Assembly (NCBI GenBank): GCA_963713825.1
Contig: CAVQNG010000003.1
Location: forward strand, 1,152,001-1,216,000
Length of the DNA stretch: 64,000 nt
DNA from: an uncultured Acidobacteriota bacterium
Lineage (GTDB): Bacteria > Acidobacteriota > Thermoanaerobaculia > Multivoradales > JAHEKO01
Direction: 5' to 3'
Under the pieces are notes generated by a model that did no database searches, was not told where the DNA came from, and saw nothing but the letters and a program-made list of their open reading frames with translations. Position 1 is the stretch's first letter; each line of letters begins with the position of its first letter. The position numbers and the translations under genes were made by a program. This document shows, piece after piece, positions 1-9,555 of the stretch.

Positions 1-153
1 CGCAGGTCGTTCTGCCGCGACATCCAATCAGTCGAGGGTCCGCGGATGCCAGTAATCCGGCCGGGTGCGGCCGGGCAGCACAGGGAATCTCTGCCACGGG
101 CTGCCCCATGCGGTCGATTCACTTCCTGGCTTCGATCGAGTGGTGAATGAGAG

Positions 154-1095
154 CTAGCCTGGCGCCAGATCCGGGATCCGGACAACCACGGGTAGGCGAG
201 GCGGAAAGCTCCCCGCGGGGAAGCCGACCCTGAAGTCACCCTGCCGCAGTTTCTCCGCAGCCTCGCGGTACGCCCCGACAAACCACCGGTAGGCCTCCAC
301 CAGCTCTCTTCGGGCAGCCTTTGAAGCCGCATGGAAGGCCGGCGCGAGGGCCTTCTTTGACTTCAACGGTCTATGGTGAGGGTCCTGAGCCAAGACGGCA
401 CCGACACCCAGTGGCCGGGTTTCGTGCTCGGCATGTCGATCGGCGGTTTCGGTCTCGATTTGGAAGATCAGTTCAGCGATCCGACTTCGGGGCCTTTCTT
501 CCGGGAGATGCTGCCAGCAGGGCAATGGGTCGAGCCGTATCGTCTCGGGAGATGCGTAGGCGAAGTGGTCGAACTCTTCTCGCCGAGCTCGCGCAGCGTA
601 CTCCTGGGTTCGGTCAAACCACAGGCCTCTTAGGGGCAGGCCTTCGAGCAGCGCCTCAACGCAATGGGCACCTGGCCACTCTCGAGGTCGAGCGACTAGA
701 CCCTCCTTGCAGCCGTGAGACAAGAGGTACCTGAGCCTATCGACCTGAGCCGCCTCTTCTTGACTGATCACGATGGCCTGGTACCGGCGACCCCAGAACT
801 TCTCCCTCCACCCATGCAATCGACCGGCCTCTCGTGCCAGGTTCGAGTTGAGGAAATTCATGAAGCGGGCGAGTTCAGGGGCATTGTCGACACTCAGAAG
901 AAGATGGTAGTGATTCGAGAGGAAGACGAACGCATGAAGCTCGACCGGGCAGAGCCTTTGGGCTCGGGCGAGGACGCCGATGATGATGGAGTTCAACTCA
1001 TCGGAGGGCTTGAGCAGAAATCGGCCCTGCATTGTCCGACATGTCACTTCGACCAGGGCGCCGCCTTCGGGGATGTACCTCAGTCTCCTTGCCAT
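154..1095 (-). mobile_element. Y1/HUH transposase, IS200-like / REP-associated tyrosine transposase (RAYT) type
   Basis: 313-aa ORF with N-terminal 'VEVTCRT', HUH motif 'FVFLSNHYHLLL', 'FWGRRY' and catalytic-Tyr region 'LRYLLSHGCKEGLV..P.EWP'. Confidence 0.85.
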
Positions 1096-1141
1096 ACCTT
1101 AAACGTCGCAATGCCCTCCCGCGTTCTTGCAGAATCGGATG

Positions 1142-1194
1142 GCACTTCTCCATCCCTTGAGAGGTGCTCCAGACCCAGTTAGGTGGGTGGCACC
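1142..1194. repeat. Short palindromes upstream of the Y1 transposase (possible REP-like/terminal elements)
   Basis: gcacttctc..gagaggtgc hairpin at 1142-1167 and GGTG-GGTGG-CACC at 1182-1194. Confidence 0.35.
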
Positions 1195-1208
1195 GATGTC
1201 CTTCGCCT

Positions 1209-2117
1209 TCAAACCGTAAGGTGGGTGGCGAAGAACTCGATGGTCCGACTCCATGCGAGCTCCGCTGCGGCCTCGTTGTAGCGGCCCGTCGAATCGTTGT
1301 GGAACCCGTGGTTGACGCCGGGATACATGTGCATGGTGTAGGGGCTCTTGGTGGCCTTCAGATCGAGCTCATACTCGGGCCAGGTTGCGTTGACCCGTTC
1401 GTCCAGCTCCGCGAGATGAATCAGCAGGGGCGCCTTGATGTTCGGTCGGATCTCCTCGGCGGGGGGTGTGCCATAGAAGGGCACACCGGCGTTCACCAGG
1501 TCGGGCAGAGTGGCCGCCAACATGTTGGTGATATATCCGCCGAAACAGAAACCGACCACACCGAGACGGCCGTTGCAGAGGGGCTGGGCCCTGAGAAACC
1601 TGGCGGCGGCGATCATGTCCTGCTCGATCTTCATCCGATCCAGCGAGCGCTGCAGCTCCCGTCCTTCATCATCGTTTCCGGGGTAGCCGCCCACCGGGTG
1701 CAACGCATCGGGCGCAAACGCGACAAAGCCCGCTTTGGCAACCCTGCGCGCAACATCTTCGATATAGGGATTGAGGCCTCGATTCTCATGCACGACCAAT
1801 ACCGCTCCCGTCGACTCCGTCACCGCTGTCGGAACGACGAGATACCCTCGGCCCTCTCCGTGCCCATCGGGTGAAGGAAATGTCTCGTACTCAGCCCTGA
1901 TGTCGGGATCGTTGAACGAGACCTGCTCGGCCAAAGCGTAGTTCGGGATCAGCGCGGCGGCCAACCCGCTCACTGTGAATCCCAAGACGGTGAGGGTGGA
2001 CAGTCGGTCGAAGAACTCGCGCCTGGAAATCAGACCATGCGCGTACTCGTCGTACCAGTCAAACGCTTCCTGCGGGATCGGTTGTGTTGTCGGTTCGTTC
2101 TCGTTCGGCGCAGTCAC
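1209..2117 (-). CDS. Dienelactone hydrolase family protein (YghX-like)
   Basis: 'VVHENRGLNPYI', nucleophile motif 'GFCFGG', 'HGFHND', N-terminal 'YDEYAHGLISRREF'. Confidence 0.9.
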   Translation of the reverse strand: MTAPNENEPTTQPIPQEAFDWYDEYAHGLISRREFFDRLSTLTVLGFTVSGLAAALIPNYALAEQVSFNDPDIRAEYETFPSPDGHGEGRGYLVVPTAVTESTGAVLVVHENRGLNPYIEDVARRVAKAGFVAFAPDALHPVGGYPGNDDEGRELQRSLDRMKIEQDMIAAARFLRAQPLCNGRLGVVGFCFGGYITNMLAATLPDLVNAGVPFYGTPPAEEIRPNIKAPLLIHLAELDERVNATWPEYELDLKATKSPYTMHMYPGVNHGFHNDSTGRYNEAAAELAWSRTIEFFATHLTV

Positions 2118-2320
2118 AGCAACCTCCTCGGTGATCGTTCGTGGTGAAGACAGTCTGACTTCAAAACACTATGCCAGGGTCCAGTGATTTCGAATGGTCG
2201 GACCCCGGGCGTCAGGTTCCGCTGAGAAGGGCGTTGAAGATGGCCACACCGTAGTGTGACCCGCCCAAGCGTCACATCCTAGCGCTCAGACTGGACTCGT
2301 TGCAGGGGGTCAGTTCGCTC

Positions 2321-2458
2321 GGTGCCGCCGTCGCGTACGACCGGTATGAGATCGTTCTCGCCCTCACGGACAACCTGATGTTGCGTTGGCTCCGATCTCT
2401 GAAGGAAGTGGTGGCAGAGTTGGAGCCGGAGGAGAAACAGCGCGACGTTGACGCTTAG
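2321..2458 (+). pseudogene. Possible C-terminal remnant of an MgtC/SapB-family membrane protein
   Basis: Reads GAAVAYDRYEIVLALTDNLMLRWLRSLKEVV...*; resembles the last TM segment of MgtC/SapB proteins; no 5' part. Confidence 0.35.
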
Positions 2459-2487
2459 CTCTGAGCGGAATCTCTCAACCCTTGCAG

Positions 2488-3234
2488 CTACCCTTCCAAC
2501 CACCTGACCTGCCCGGTTGAAAGATCGTAGACGCCGCCGACGACCAACAACTCGCCGTTGTCGACCATCCCCGAGATGATATCGCTCTGCGCGAGAATGT
2601 CAGCGATCGTCTGGCGAACGTTCTCCTCGATGGCAAGATCAATGAACTCCTGATTCGAAGAATTTGCCTCGCCCTCGGTAGCCTCGTCGGCGCGGGCGAT
2701 GGGCGCATCGAAGTCGTTCAGCAGCTCGGTCAGATTGCCCATCTCTACGCCGTCGGCAGCACCCTTGATGGCACCGCAGGAGGTGTGTCCGAGAATGACG
2801 ACGACCTTGGACCCGGCTAGCTTGCTGGCAAATTCCAGGCTGCCGACAAGGTTGATGTCTTCGACGTTGCCGGCCACTCGGCCGACGAATACGTCGCCAA
2901 TGCCCTGGTCGAAGACGATCTCCGGCGGCACTCGCGAGTCAACGCAACCGAGGATGACTGCCTTGGGGTACTGACCACCGGCAGCCGTGGCCTCGGCCTG
3001 CGCGATGTAGTCGCGCGGCGTTAGTTTGCCTTCTACGAACCGCCGGTTGCCGGCCTTGAGGTCTGCCAGCACCTGCTCGGGGGTCAATGCCTGCTGGGCG
3101 GCGCTGTCGAGTACGCTGCTCACCAGCTCGGGCGCGGAGGAGGTGGTCTGAGCGGGCGGCTCCGATGAAGGAGCACAGCCGATGGCAAGCATGGCAATTG
3201 AAAGAACCATTACGTGCGTTGTGGAAGGTCGCAT
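2488..3234 (-). CDS. Beta-class carbonic anhydrase, predicted lipoprotein
   Basis: Zn motifs 'GCVDSRV' and 'GHTSCGA', 'RVAGN'; lipobox 'LAIGC'. Confidence 0.92.
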   Translation of the reverse strand: MRPSTTHVMVLSIAMLAIGCAPSSEPPAQTTSSAPELVSSVLDSAAQQALTPEQVLADLKAGNRRFVEGKLTPRDYIAQAEATAAGGQYPKAVILGCVDSRVPPEIVFDQGIGDVFVGRVAGNVEDINLVGSLEFASKLAGSKVVVILGHTSCGAIKGAADGVEMGNLTELLNDFDAPIARADEATEGEANSSNQEFIDLAIEENVRQTIADILAQSDIISGMVDNGELLVVGGVYDLSTGQVRWLEG

Positions 3235-3740
3235 GTCAGCTCCATTTCAAGGTTGGATGTTGAATGTTCTACCAGAGGCACAATCCACGAGCCCTATTGG
3301 CCGGGCGGGATGCACGGGAAGATGAGAAGGAGACTCCATTGCCAGCTGCGACATCAACCTTGTCGATCCGAGTGCCGGTGGCGTAGATCTCTGGGTGAAA
3401 GCGTTCAAAACGTCCACTCCGATGAAGGATAGACGCGATTGACCATCTTGTCAAGAAGGTCGGCGATTGTCGGTCAATTCGATCCGCCGATAGACGATTC
3501 TGGTGCCGTCGGGAGACCAATCGGGCGAAGGACGAATCGCGGTCTCCGAGACTCAGCCAACGGCTGTTCTCAGAGACTCGAAAGCGGTCAATTCGACGAT
3601 GAGCGGGTTTGAAAGCGGCAGCCTGAGGGCTACCAGCCGGTACCCTCGATTCGGCCCGGCCAGCGTACCGGCTTTCGTCGTCCACAACCTTGTCGAAGGC
3701 CTCGACAAGGCACGGATTCAAGGGGGGTACAATAGTCGCG

Positions 3741-3974
3741 ATGAAGAACGATGCAGGGCCAAAGGCTGTCAGCACCGCCCGTGAGACCGGCTCAGGTCTC
3801 GGAAACCCTCCAGCCCCCGGGATCGAACCGGATCTGGATGGAGCCTTTGCCGATGATGGTGTCGACCTGTCTTTGATCCGTTGGATGCTCCGACTGAGCC
3901 CCACCGAACGGCTTCAGGCTGCTCAAGACCTGATCGATGCAGCCTGGGCACTCCGGACAGATAGTGAAGCCTGA
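3741..3974 (+). CDS. Small hypothetical protein, partner of the downstream nucleotidyltransferase
   Basis: 'GVDLSLIRWMLRLSPTERL'; overlaps the next gene; TACAAT -10-like box at 3728-3733 just before the ATG. Confidence 0.65.
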   Translation: MKNDAGPKAVSTARETGSGLGNPPAPGIEPDLDGAFADDGVDLSLIRWMLRLSPTERLQAAQDLIDAAWALRTDSEA

Positions 3975-4440
3975 TTATCTGGAGCTGTTTCGAGCCCTTG
4001 GACGAGCAGGGGTGGATTACATCGTGGTCGGTGGCGTCGCCGCCATTCTGGAAGGGGCCCCTATCACCACCCTCGATCTGGACATCGTGTGTCGGCGAGA
4101 CGACGACAATCTGGGCCGCCTGACGGAGCTTCTGGATGATCTGGAAGCACGCTACCGTGACCCTGCAGGCAGAGTCATTCGCCCCACACCGGACCGGCTC
4201 GCAAGCAATAAGATCAACCTTCTCGAGACAAGCCTCGGCCCCTTGGACGTGATGCAGAGCGTCGGCCCCGACTGGGACTGGGCCGATCTGGTGAGCAGGT
4301 CTCGTATTCTCGAGGTGGGTGGCCTCGATCTGCGCGTCCTGAAGCTGGCTTCGGTCATCGAATCGAAGGAGCTGGCAGATCGGGAGAAGGACCGAGCGAT
4401 GCTGCCAGTATTGCGGCGCACTCTCGAAGAGAAGGGGTAG
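3964..4440 (+). CDS. Nucleotidyltransferase (Pol-beta superfamily, minimal NT type)
   Basis: 'YIVVGGVAA...TTLDLDIV' (GG...DxD) and C-terminal 'K..ADREKD'. Confidence 0.8.
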   Translation: MKPDYLELFRALGRAGVDYIVVGGVAAILEGAPITTLDLDIVCRRDDDNLGRLTELLDDLEARYRDPAGRVIRPTPDRLASNKINLLETSLGPLDVMQSVGPDWDWADLVSRSRILEVGGLDLRVLKLASVIESKELADREKDRAMLPVLRRTLEEKG

Positions 4441-4517
4441 GGAGCGATCCAACAGAGCCTCTCACGCCGGTAACGCGTGTGCGAATCCCGTACGCGCTAC
4501 CAGCTCACCGCCAGCCC

Positions 4518-4691
4518 AGCCACACGCTCCGCCACAGCTTTGCCACGCACCTTCTCGAGGATGGATGCGACATTCGTACCGTTCAGGAACTCCTAGGCCA
4601 CAAGAGCGTCCGCCTCACGATGATCTACACCCACGTATTGAATCGAGGTGGGCGGGGCGTCCGCAGCCCTGCTGATCGGCTTCTGGGCTGA
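4518..4691 (+). pseudogene. intI: Integron integrase, 3' fragment only
   Basis: [50 protein letters not shown]: tyrosine-recombinase box II with the YTHV..GVRSP tail typical of IntI; N-terminal part missing; attC nearby. Confidence 0.85.
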
Positions 4692-5249
4692 ACATGTGCT
4701 CATCCTGCTCGCTGCCGTTGAGAAGCGCAGCCTATGTCTGGAACGACAAAGTATGGGTCTGCTTGATCGCTGGTGAGTACGGCGCTAATGGCTTGGCAGA
4801 GCCCGTTGGCTCTTGACGATGGTGCCGGAACCCGAGCGGCTCACTGGGTGGTAGGCTCGGAATCCGCGATTACAGGGAGTTTCAGGACTAAACAGAGTGT
4901 CTGGCAAGCGAATGTCGCACCTATCGCACGCGACGATTCCGGAGGTCGGACCAGCCCGGCGGGAGCGATTCTATAGCCCTCTCGTGCATAATGGACTGCG
5001 TTCAGTGCAGCGTAGCAACGGCTTGTCAGCCTTGGACAATGTCTCCACGGGGCCAGCCAGTGGGAGGACAGGTGATTTCGGCCGAAGGGTGGGTCACCTC
5101 ACGCTAGGCTGCGCACGAACGGAGGCTGCCGATCGACTAGGCTGCCCAGGAGCGCAGCCCAGCCTTCCTGTTGTTCGGCTAACCGAAACCGTCCAGGTGA
5201 GAGTTCCCGCCAATAGCAGACCGCCGCTAGGGTGTCGCTGGGACCCGTT

Positions 5250-5311
5250 GCCTATGCTGTTCTTGTCTGCAAGGTCCCCGAACTATTTCAGCAGTCCAAT
5301 CTAGGTTAACT
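5250..5311 (+). other. Putative attI site; crossover at G^TTAACT (5305-5311)
   Basis: GTTAACTTTCAA (5305-5316) is the exact reverse complement of TTGAAAGTTAAC (5824-5835) at the R'' end of the cassette; no attC-like palindrome seen upstream. Confidence 0.6.
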
Positions 5312-5332
5312 TTCAAAACTCATGGAGTAACG

Positions 5333-5827
5333 ATGAATACCTACCCGAGGACGTTCTCACATATTGGGATTTCCGTTCCTGATGTTGAAAAAGCAGTTGA
5401 GTTCTACAGCAAGGTGATGGGCTGGTACCAGATAATGGAACCCACTGTCATTGCCGAAGAATCAGATACCCCGATAGGCCAAATGTGTATTGATGTTTTT
5501 GGCAATGGCTGGGGCTCTTTCAAAATAGCGCATATGTCCACCGGTGACAAAATCGGCGTTGAGATGTTCGAGTTCAAAAACAATGAAAGCCCAAGAGACT
5601 TTGAGTATTGGAAAACCAGCACCTTTCATTTCTGTGTTCAGGATCCAGATGTAGAGGGCCTTGTTGCAAGAATTGTGGCGCATGGCGGAAAACAAAGAAT
5701 GCCTATACGCGAGTACTATCCTGGAGAAAAACCCTACAGGATGGTTTATGTAGAAGATCCATTCGGCCTAATATTCGAGGTTTACTCTCACAGCTATGAG
5801 CTTACTTATTCGCAAGGGGCATATTGA
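5333..5827 (+). CDS. VOC/lactoylglutathione lyase family protein (integron cassette 1)
   Basis: 'FSHIGISVPD', 'FHFCVQDPD', 'EDPFGLIFEVY'; visibly AT-richer than flanks; bounded by core site and attC. Confidence 0.9.
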   Translation: MNTYPRTFSHIGISVPDVEKAVEFYSKVMGWYQIMEPTVIAEESDTPIGQMCIDVFGNGWGSFKIAHMSTGDKIGVEMFEFKNNESPRDFEYWKTSTFHFCVQDPDVEGLVARIVAHGGKQRMPIREYYPGEKPYRMVYVEDPFGLIFEVYSHSYELTYSQGAY

Positions 5828-5828
5828 A

Positions 5829-5900
5829 AGTTAACAAGGCGCTGCTGCCGTCCACGGTTTCCGCTGCGCTCCAAACATGCCGCAGAGCGCGGCGTTAGAC
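5829..5900 (+). other. attC site (72 bp)
   Basis: R'' AGTTAAC (5829-5835), GCGCTGC..GCAGAGCGC inner boxes, R' GTTAGAC (5894-5900); directly after the VOC stop. Confidence 0.85.
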
Positions 5901-5918
5901 ACAACCGTGGGGGTACCG

Positions 5919-6428
5919 TTGGCTCGAATCAAGATACATCTCGAGACCGCGAGTGAGATCGACGGTATCCGCGAGATCAACGTCGAAGCGTTCCGTGACC
6001 ATCCGGTCAGTCGGCAGACCGAGCACTTGATCGTCGATGCATTGCGCGACAACGGCGCACTCGAAGTGTCGCTTGTGGCCGTCACCGAGGGTCGGACTGT
6101 CGGACACATTGCCTTCTCGAAGGCCGTCGTCGGCGACTCGGAATCCGATTGGTACTTGCTCGGCCCTGTCGCCGTTCAGCCCGGCGTGCAGGGTCAGGGG
6201 ATCGGTTCTGCGCTTGTGAACTTCGGGCTGGAGGAGTTGCGGACCCGACACGCGAGCGGTTGTGTCCTGGTGGGGGACCCAGGCTACTACTCTCGTTTCG
6301 GCTTCAGCACCTTCCCTGATCTGTCCTACGCAGGCGTGCCACACGAGTACGTTCTCGGGCTTCCGTTCACGGCAGCCAGCCCGTGCGGGTCGATTGTCGC
6401 GAACAAGGCCTTCGAGATCGAGCCGTAG
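5919..6428 (+). CDS. GNAT N-acetyltransferase (YhbS-like), cassette 2, attC not evident
   Basis: 'LGPVAVQPGVQGQGIGSALV', 'LVGDPGYYSRFGF'; starts just after the attC R' box (TTG start inferred). Confidence 0.85.
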   Translation: MARIKIHLETASEIDGIREINVEAFRDHPVSRQTEHLIVDALRDNGALEVSLVAVTEGRTVGHIAFSKAVVGDSESDWYLLGPVAVQPGVQGQGIGSALVNFGLEELRTRHASGCVLVGDPGYYSRFGFSTFPDLSYAGVPHEYVLGLPFTAASPCGSIVANKAFEIEP

Positions 6429-6483
6429 CCGGTGTAGCCTTAGCATAGGCAGGTAGGACGCCCTACCAAAGGAGGGAAAAGAC

Positions 6484-6936
6484 GTGTTCCACTTCGGCTA
6501 TGGATCGAATCTGAGTCTCGATTTCGTCAGAGACAACCTGATTGCGAACGCGAAGTTTGTAATGAAGGGGTACTTGCCCAACTTCGAAGTACAGTTCCCG
6601 TTCTGGTCGGAAGAACGCCAGGGTGGCTACAGCGGCATCATGGAGGCCCCCGGCGAGCTCGTTCACGGCGCACTCTACGAAGTGACGGAGCAGGAGCTCA
6701 TAGCGCTCGACAACCTGGAAGGTGTCTACAAGGACTTGTATCGACGGGAGACGTTTCTGGTGTTGGGCGAAGACGGCAAATTCCATCCGGCAGATCTATA
6801 CCGGGTGATCGATCCTCGAGGCCCCTTCCCACCTTCAAAGAGCTATGTCGAAATCATGCTCACCGGAGCGCGGGAGCTCGAGCTGGATCCTGAGTACATA
6901 GAGAAGATCGAGGGGTTCCACCGTCAAGGGCAATAG
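6484..6936 (+). CDS. Gamma-glutamylcyclotransferase (GGCT/AIG2-like) family protein
   Basis: 'FGYGSNL', 'VHGALYEV', catalytic-Glu region 'LDNLEG', 'PSKSY'; RBS ggaggg upstream. Confidence 0.85.
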   Translation: MFHFGYGSNLSLDFVRDNLIANAKFVMKGYLPNFEVQFPFWSEERQGGYSGIMEAPGELVHGALYEVTEQELIALDNLEGVYKDLYRRETFLVLGEDGKFHPADLYRVIDPRGPFPPSKSYVEIMLTGARELELDPEYIEKIEGFHRQGQ

Positions 6937-6985
6937 TGCCTGGCACTTGAGAGGCGAAAACCGGCGCACGGAGAACAGGAGTGCC

Positions 6986-8758
6986 ATGGCAGGTCTGGAT
7001 CGTTCGACGATACTCCCCGAGCCTGAGCTCCCGGACGCATCCGAGTTGCTCGCAGAGGGACGGCGCCTCGCCCAGAACTTTGCGGTGGGCCGATGCCCGT
7101 TCCTGACGACCTACGAAGTCTCCTCCGAAAGCGAGTACAAGCGGCGCCGAATGGCCGAGAGAGCGCTCATGTTCCACGCTCAGTTCGGCTTCCGCAGCTT
7201 CGAGAAGAGCCGCCGAGCCTATGCGGAGATCTCGGAGAGTGTGGCCGCGGCTGGATACCGGGTCGACCGCTACGGCATCTGCCTGGATTGGAGCATGGGA
7301 TACCCCGCTGCGCAGCGGACCGGCATGCCCCATGGCACGGGACTGATCCTGGACTCCCCCGAGGCCTTCGCGGCCTTGACCCAGGGGGCGCCAGTGGCGC
7401 CCCATTTCGGTGACTTCGTCATCGGCATGCCCGCAGCGGTGGAGAACACTGCCGCGGCCCTCGCCGCCGGGTCCACCGCCATCGGCAACCTGGGCCAGTA
7501 CTTCACCTTCAGGCTGCCCCGCTGGGACGACGACGTCGGCACGACCGCGGAGACCGTCAAGGCGCTGGCGATTTGCGCCGCACAGCCCGAGGAGGTCCTC
7601 ATCCACTCCAACCTGGACGATGGCTTCGCGGCCATGTTCACCGATCTGGCGTGCGGCATCGGCGCGGTGCTCATCGAGCGTACGATCGTGGAGGAGCTCG
7701 TGGGCGGGTGCGTCTCGCACTGCTACGGTCACACGTTCTCGGATTCCCTGTCCCGATTGGCATTCCAGAGGGCTCTGGCCCGCGTCACCGATACGCCGGG
7801 CAGCATGGTCTACGGCAACACGACCATCTTCGTAGCCGACCAGGTGGAGAACTACGCCAACCTGGCCAGCTACCTCCTGGTGGACCTCGTCGCCCAACGC
7901 ATGGAGCCGAGCGGCCACGGCCTCAACCCGGTACCGGTGACCGAGGCGCTTCGCATCCCCGAGATCGACGAGATCGTCGACGCCCACCTGTTCGCCAATC
8001 GACTGGCGCTTCGGTCCGAGGGCTTCGAGGAACTCTTTGATCTGGAGCGTGCCGACGAGATGGCAGATCGCTTGGTAGAGGGGGGGCGCCGCTTCGAGAA
8101 ACAGGTCATGGAAGGGCTCGCCGAAGCGGGTGTCGACACTGGGGATCCTTTCGAGCTCCTGCTTTCACTCCGGCGCATCGGCGCCAAGTGTCTCGAGGAG
8201 CTCTGGGGTCCGGGTGTGCCGCAAGAGGGCGTGCCCCGCGGGCGCTTACCCGTGGTGAGGGCTACCACAGTGGCGGCGCTGGAGGCCCAGGGCGAGGGTG
8301 TTGTGACGGCCCTCGATCCCGCGCAGCGAGAGGTGATTGGGTGCGCTCGCCTCACCGCGTGTGTCGCCTCCACAGACGTGCACGAGTACGGGAAGCTCCT
8401 TGTGGAAGCGGTGCTCGCGCACTTGGGCGTGACAGTGGTGGATGCCGGAGTCAGCGCTGATCCCGAGGTGGTCGCGGAGCGAACCAGTAGCGCGGATGCC
8501 AGCTTCGTTGCCGTCAGCACTTACTCCGGGATCGCGCTGAGGTACATCACAGAGCTACGTGAGGCGATGGATCGCCTCGGGTGTAACGTGCCCATCTTCG
8601 TGGGCGGCAAGCTCAACGAGGTGCCGTACGGGAGCCCGTCGAGCATGCCCGAAGACGTGACGCAGCAGCTCGACGAGCTGGGGATCGTCGTGTGTCTGCG
8701 CGTCGAGGACATGCTGGTCAGACTCGTCGAGATGGCGAAGGAGGCGACCTGTGATTGA
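6986..8758 (+). CDS. Cobalamin-dependent mutase-like protein (glutamate-mutase-epsilon-like barrel fused to a C-terminal B12-binding domain)
   Basis: C-terminal 'STDVHEYGK' (DxHxxG), 'AVSTYSG', 'IFVGGK'; 'VPVTEALRIPEIDE' recalls GlmE 'KTPHEAIGIPT'. Confidence 0.7.
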   Translation: MAGLDRSTILPEPELPDASELLAEGRRLAQNFAVGRCPFLTTYEVSSESEYKRRRMAERALMFHAQFGFRSFEKSRRAYAEISESVAAAGYRVDRYGICLDWSMGYPAAQRTGMPHGTGLILDSPEAFAALTQGAPVAPHFGDFVIGMPAAVENTAAALAAGSTAIGNLGQYFTFRLPRWDDDVGTTAETVKALAICAAQPEEVLIHSNLDDGFAAMFTDLACGIGAVLIERTIVEELVGGCVSHCYGHTFSDSLSRLAFQRALARVTDTPGSMVYGNTTIFVADQVENYANLASYLLVDLVAQRMEPSGHGLNPVPVTEALRIPEIDEIVDAHLFANRLALRSEGFEELFDLERADEMADRLVEGGRRFEKQVMEGLAEAGVDTGDPFELLLSLRRIGAKCLEELWGPGVPQEGVPRGRLPVVRATTVAALEAQGEGVVTALDPAQREVIGCARLTACVASTDVHEYGKLLVEAVLAHLGVTVVDAGVSADPEVVAERTSSADASFVAVSTYSGIALRYITELREAMDRLGCNVPIFVGGKLNEVPYGSPSSMPEDVTQQLDELGIVVCLRVEDMLVRLVEMAKEATCD

Positions 8759-9533
8759 GCGAGTGGGCGTCCTCGGTGTCGGCCATCTGGCCGGATACTT
8801 GGTGGAAGGCCTGGCGCGGGCGCGGCCGGAGCTGCAGGTCGTCCTATCTCCGAGGAACGTCGAACGCGCGGCGCAGCTCGCCGCCCAGTACGGGGCGAGC
8901 GTCGCCGCGGACAATCAGGCCGTGTGCGAAGCGGCCGACGTTGTGCTCGTGACGACGCGTCCAGGAGATGTCGCGGGGGCATGTAGGGCGCTCACCTTCC
9001 GAGCCAGCCAGACCGTGATCTCGACCGCGGCCGGCGTGCCACTCTGCGCGGTGGCATCGGTTGTCGCACCCGCAACCGCAGTGCGGGCCATGCCCCTCAC
9101 CTGCTCGGCCATTGGCCAGAGTCCAACCCTGCTGCTGCCAGATGACCCGGTGGCTCGCGAGCTCTTCGAGCTCTTGGGTACCGTACTTTCTTTGGACGAC
9201 GAAGCGCAGTTCACGCCTGCCAGTGCCATCGGGGCCTACTACGGATGGATCTACGCTCTCATGGATGAAGCCGTCGCGTGGTGTGTCAGTGCCGGTGTGC
9301 CGTCATCCACGGCCCGCGACCTGGTTCTGAAGACCACACGTGGAGCGGCGGAAATGGGGCTTCATCATCCGGACCGGGAGCTCTCCGAGATGCTGGATTC
9401 TCTGGCAACGCCCGGCGGAATCACACGCCAGGGCCTGGAGACTCTCAGACGGAGAGGCAGCCTGGATGCCTGGATCGAAGCGTTGGAAGATGTACTCCAA
9501 CGGCTACGCGGTGAAGCCCAGGGAAAGGAGTGA
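8751..9533 (+). CDS. Pyrroline-5-carboxylate reductase-like NAD(P)-dependent oxidoreductase
   Basis: Rossmann 'GVLGVGHLA', 'VRAMP', 'ATPGGIT'; overlaps the upstream gene. Confidence 0.8.
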   Translation: MIERVGVLGVGHLAGYLVEGLARARPELQVVLSPRNVERAAQLAAQYGASVAADNQAVCEAADVVLVTTRPGDVAGACRALTFRASQTVISTAAGVPLCAVASVVAPATAVRAMPLTCSAIGQSPTLLLPDDPVARELFELLGTVLSLDDEAQFTPASAIGAYYGWIYALMDEAVAWCVSAGVPSSTARDLVLKTTRGAAEMGLHHPDRELSEMLDSLATPGGITRQGLETLRRRGSLDAWIEALEDVLQRLRGEAQGKE

Positions 9534-9555
9534 GCTTCGGACTTTGTGGCGGACC

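Noticed and set aside
6429-6483. attC after the GNAT cassette
   Set aside because: No RYYYAAC...GTTRRRY pair; only a short GGTAGG/CCTACC hairpin, so downstream genes are not called cassettes
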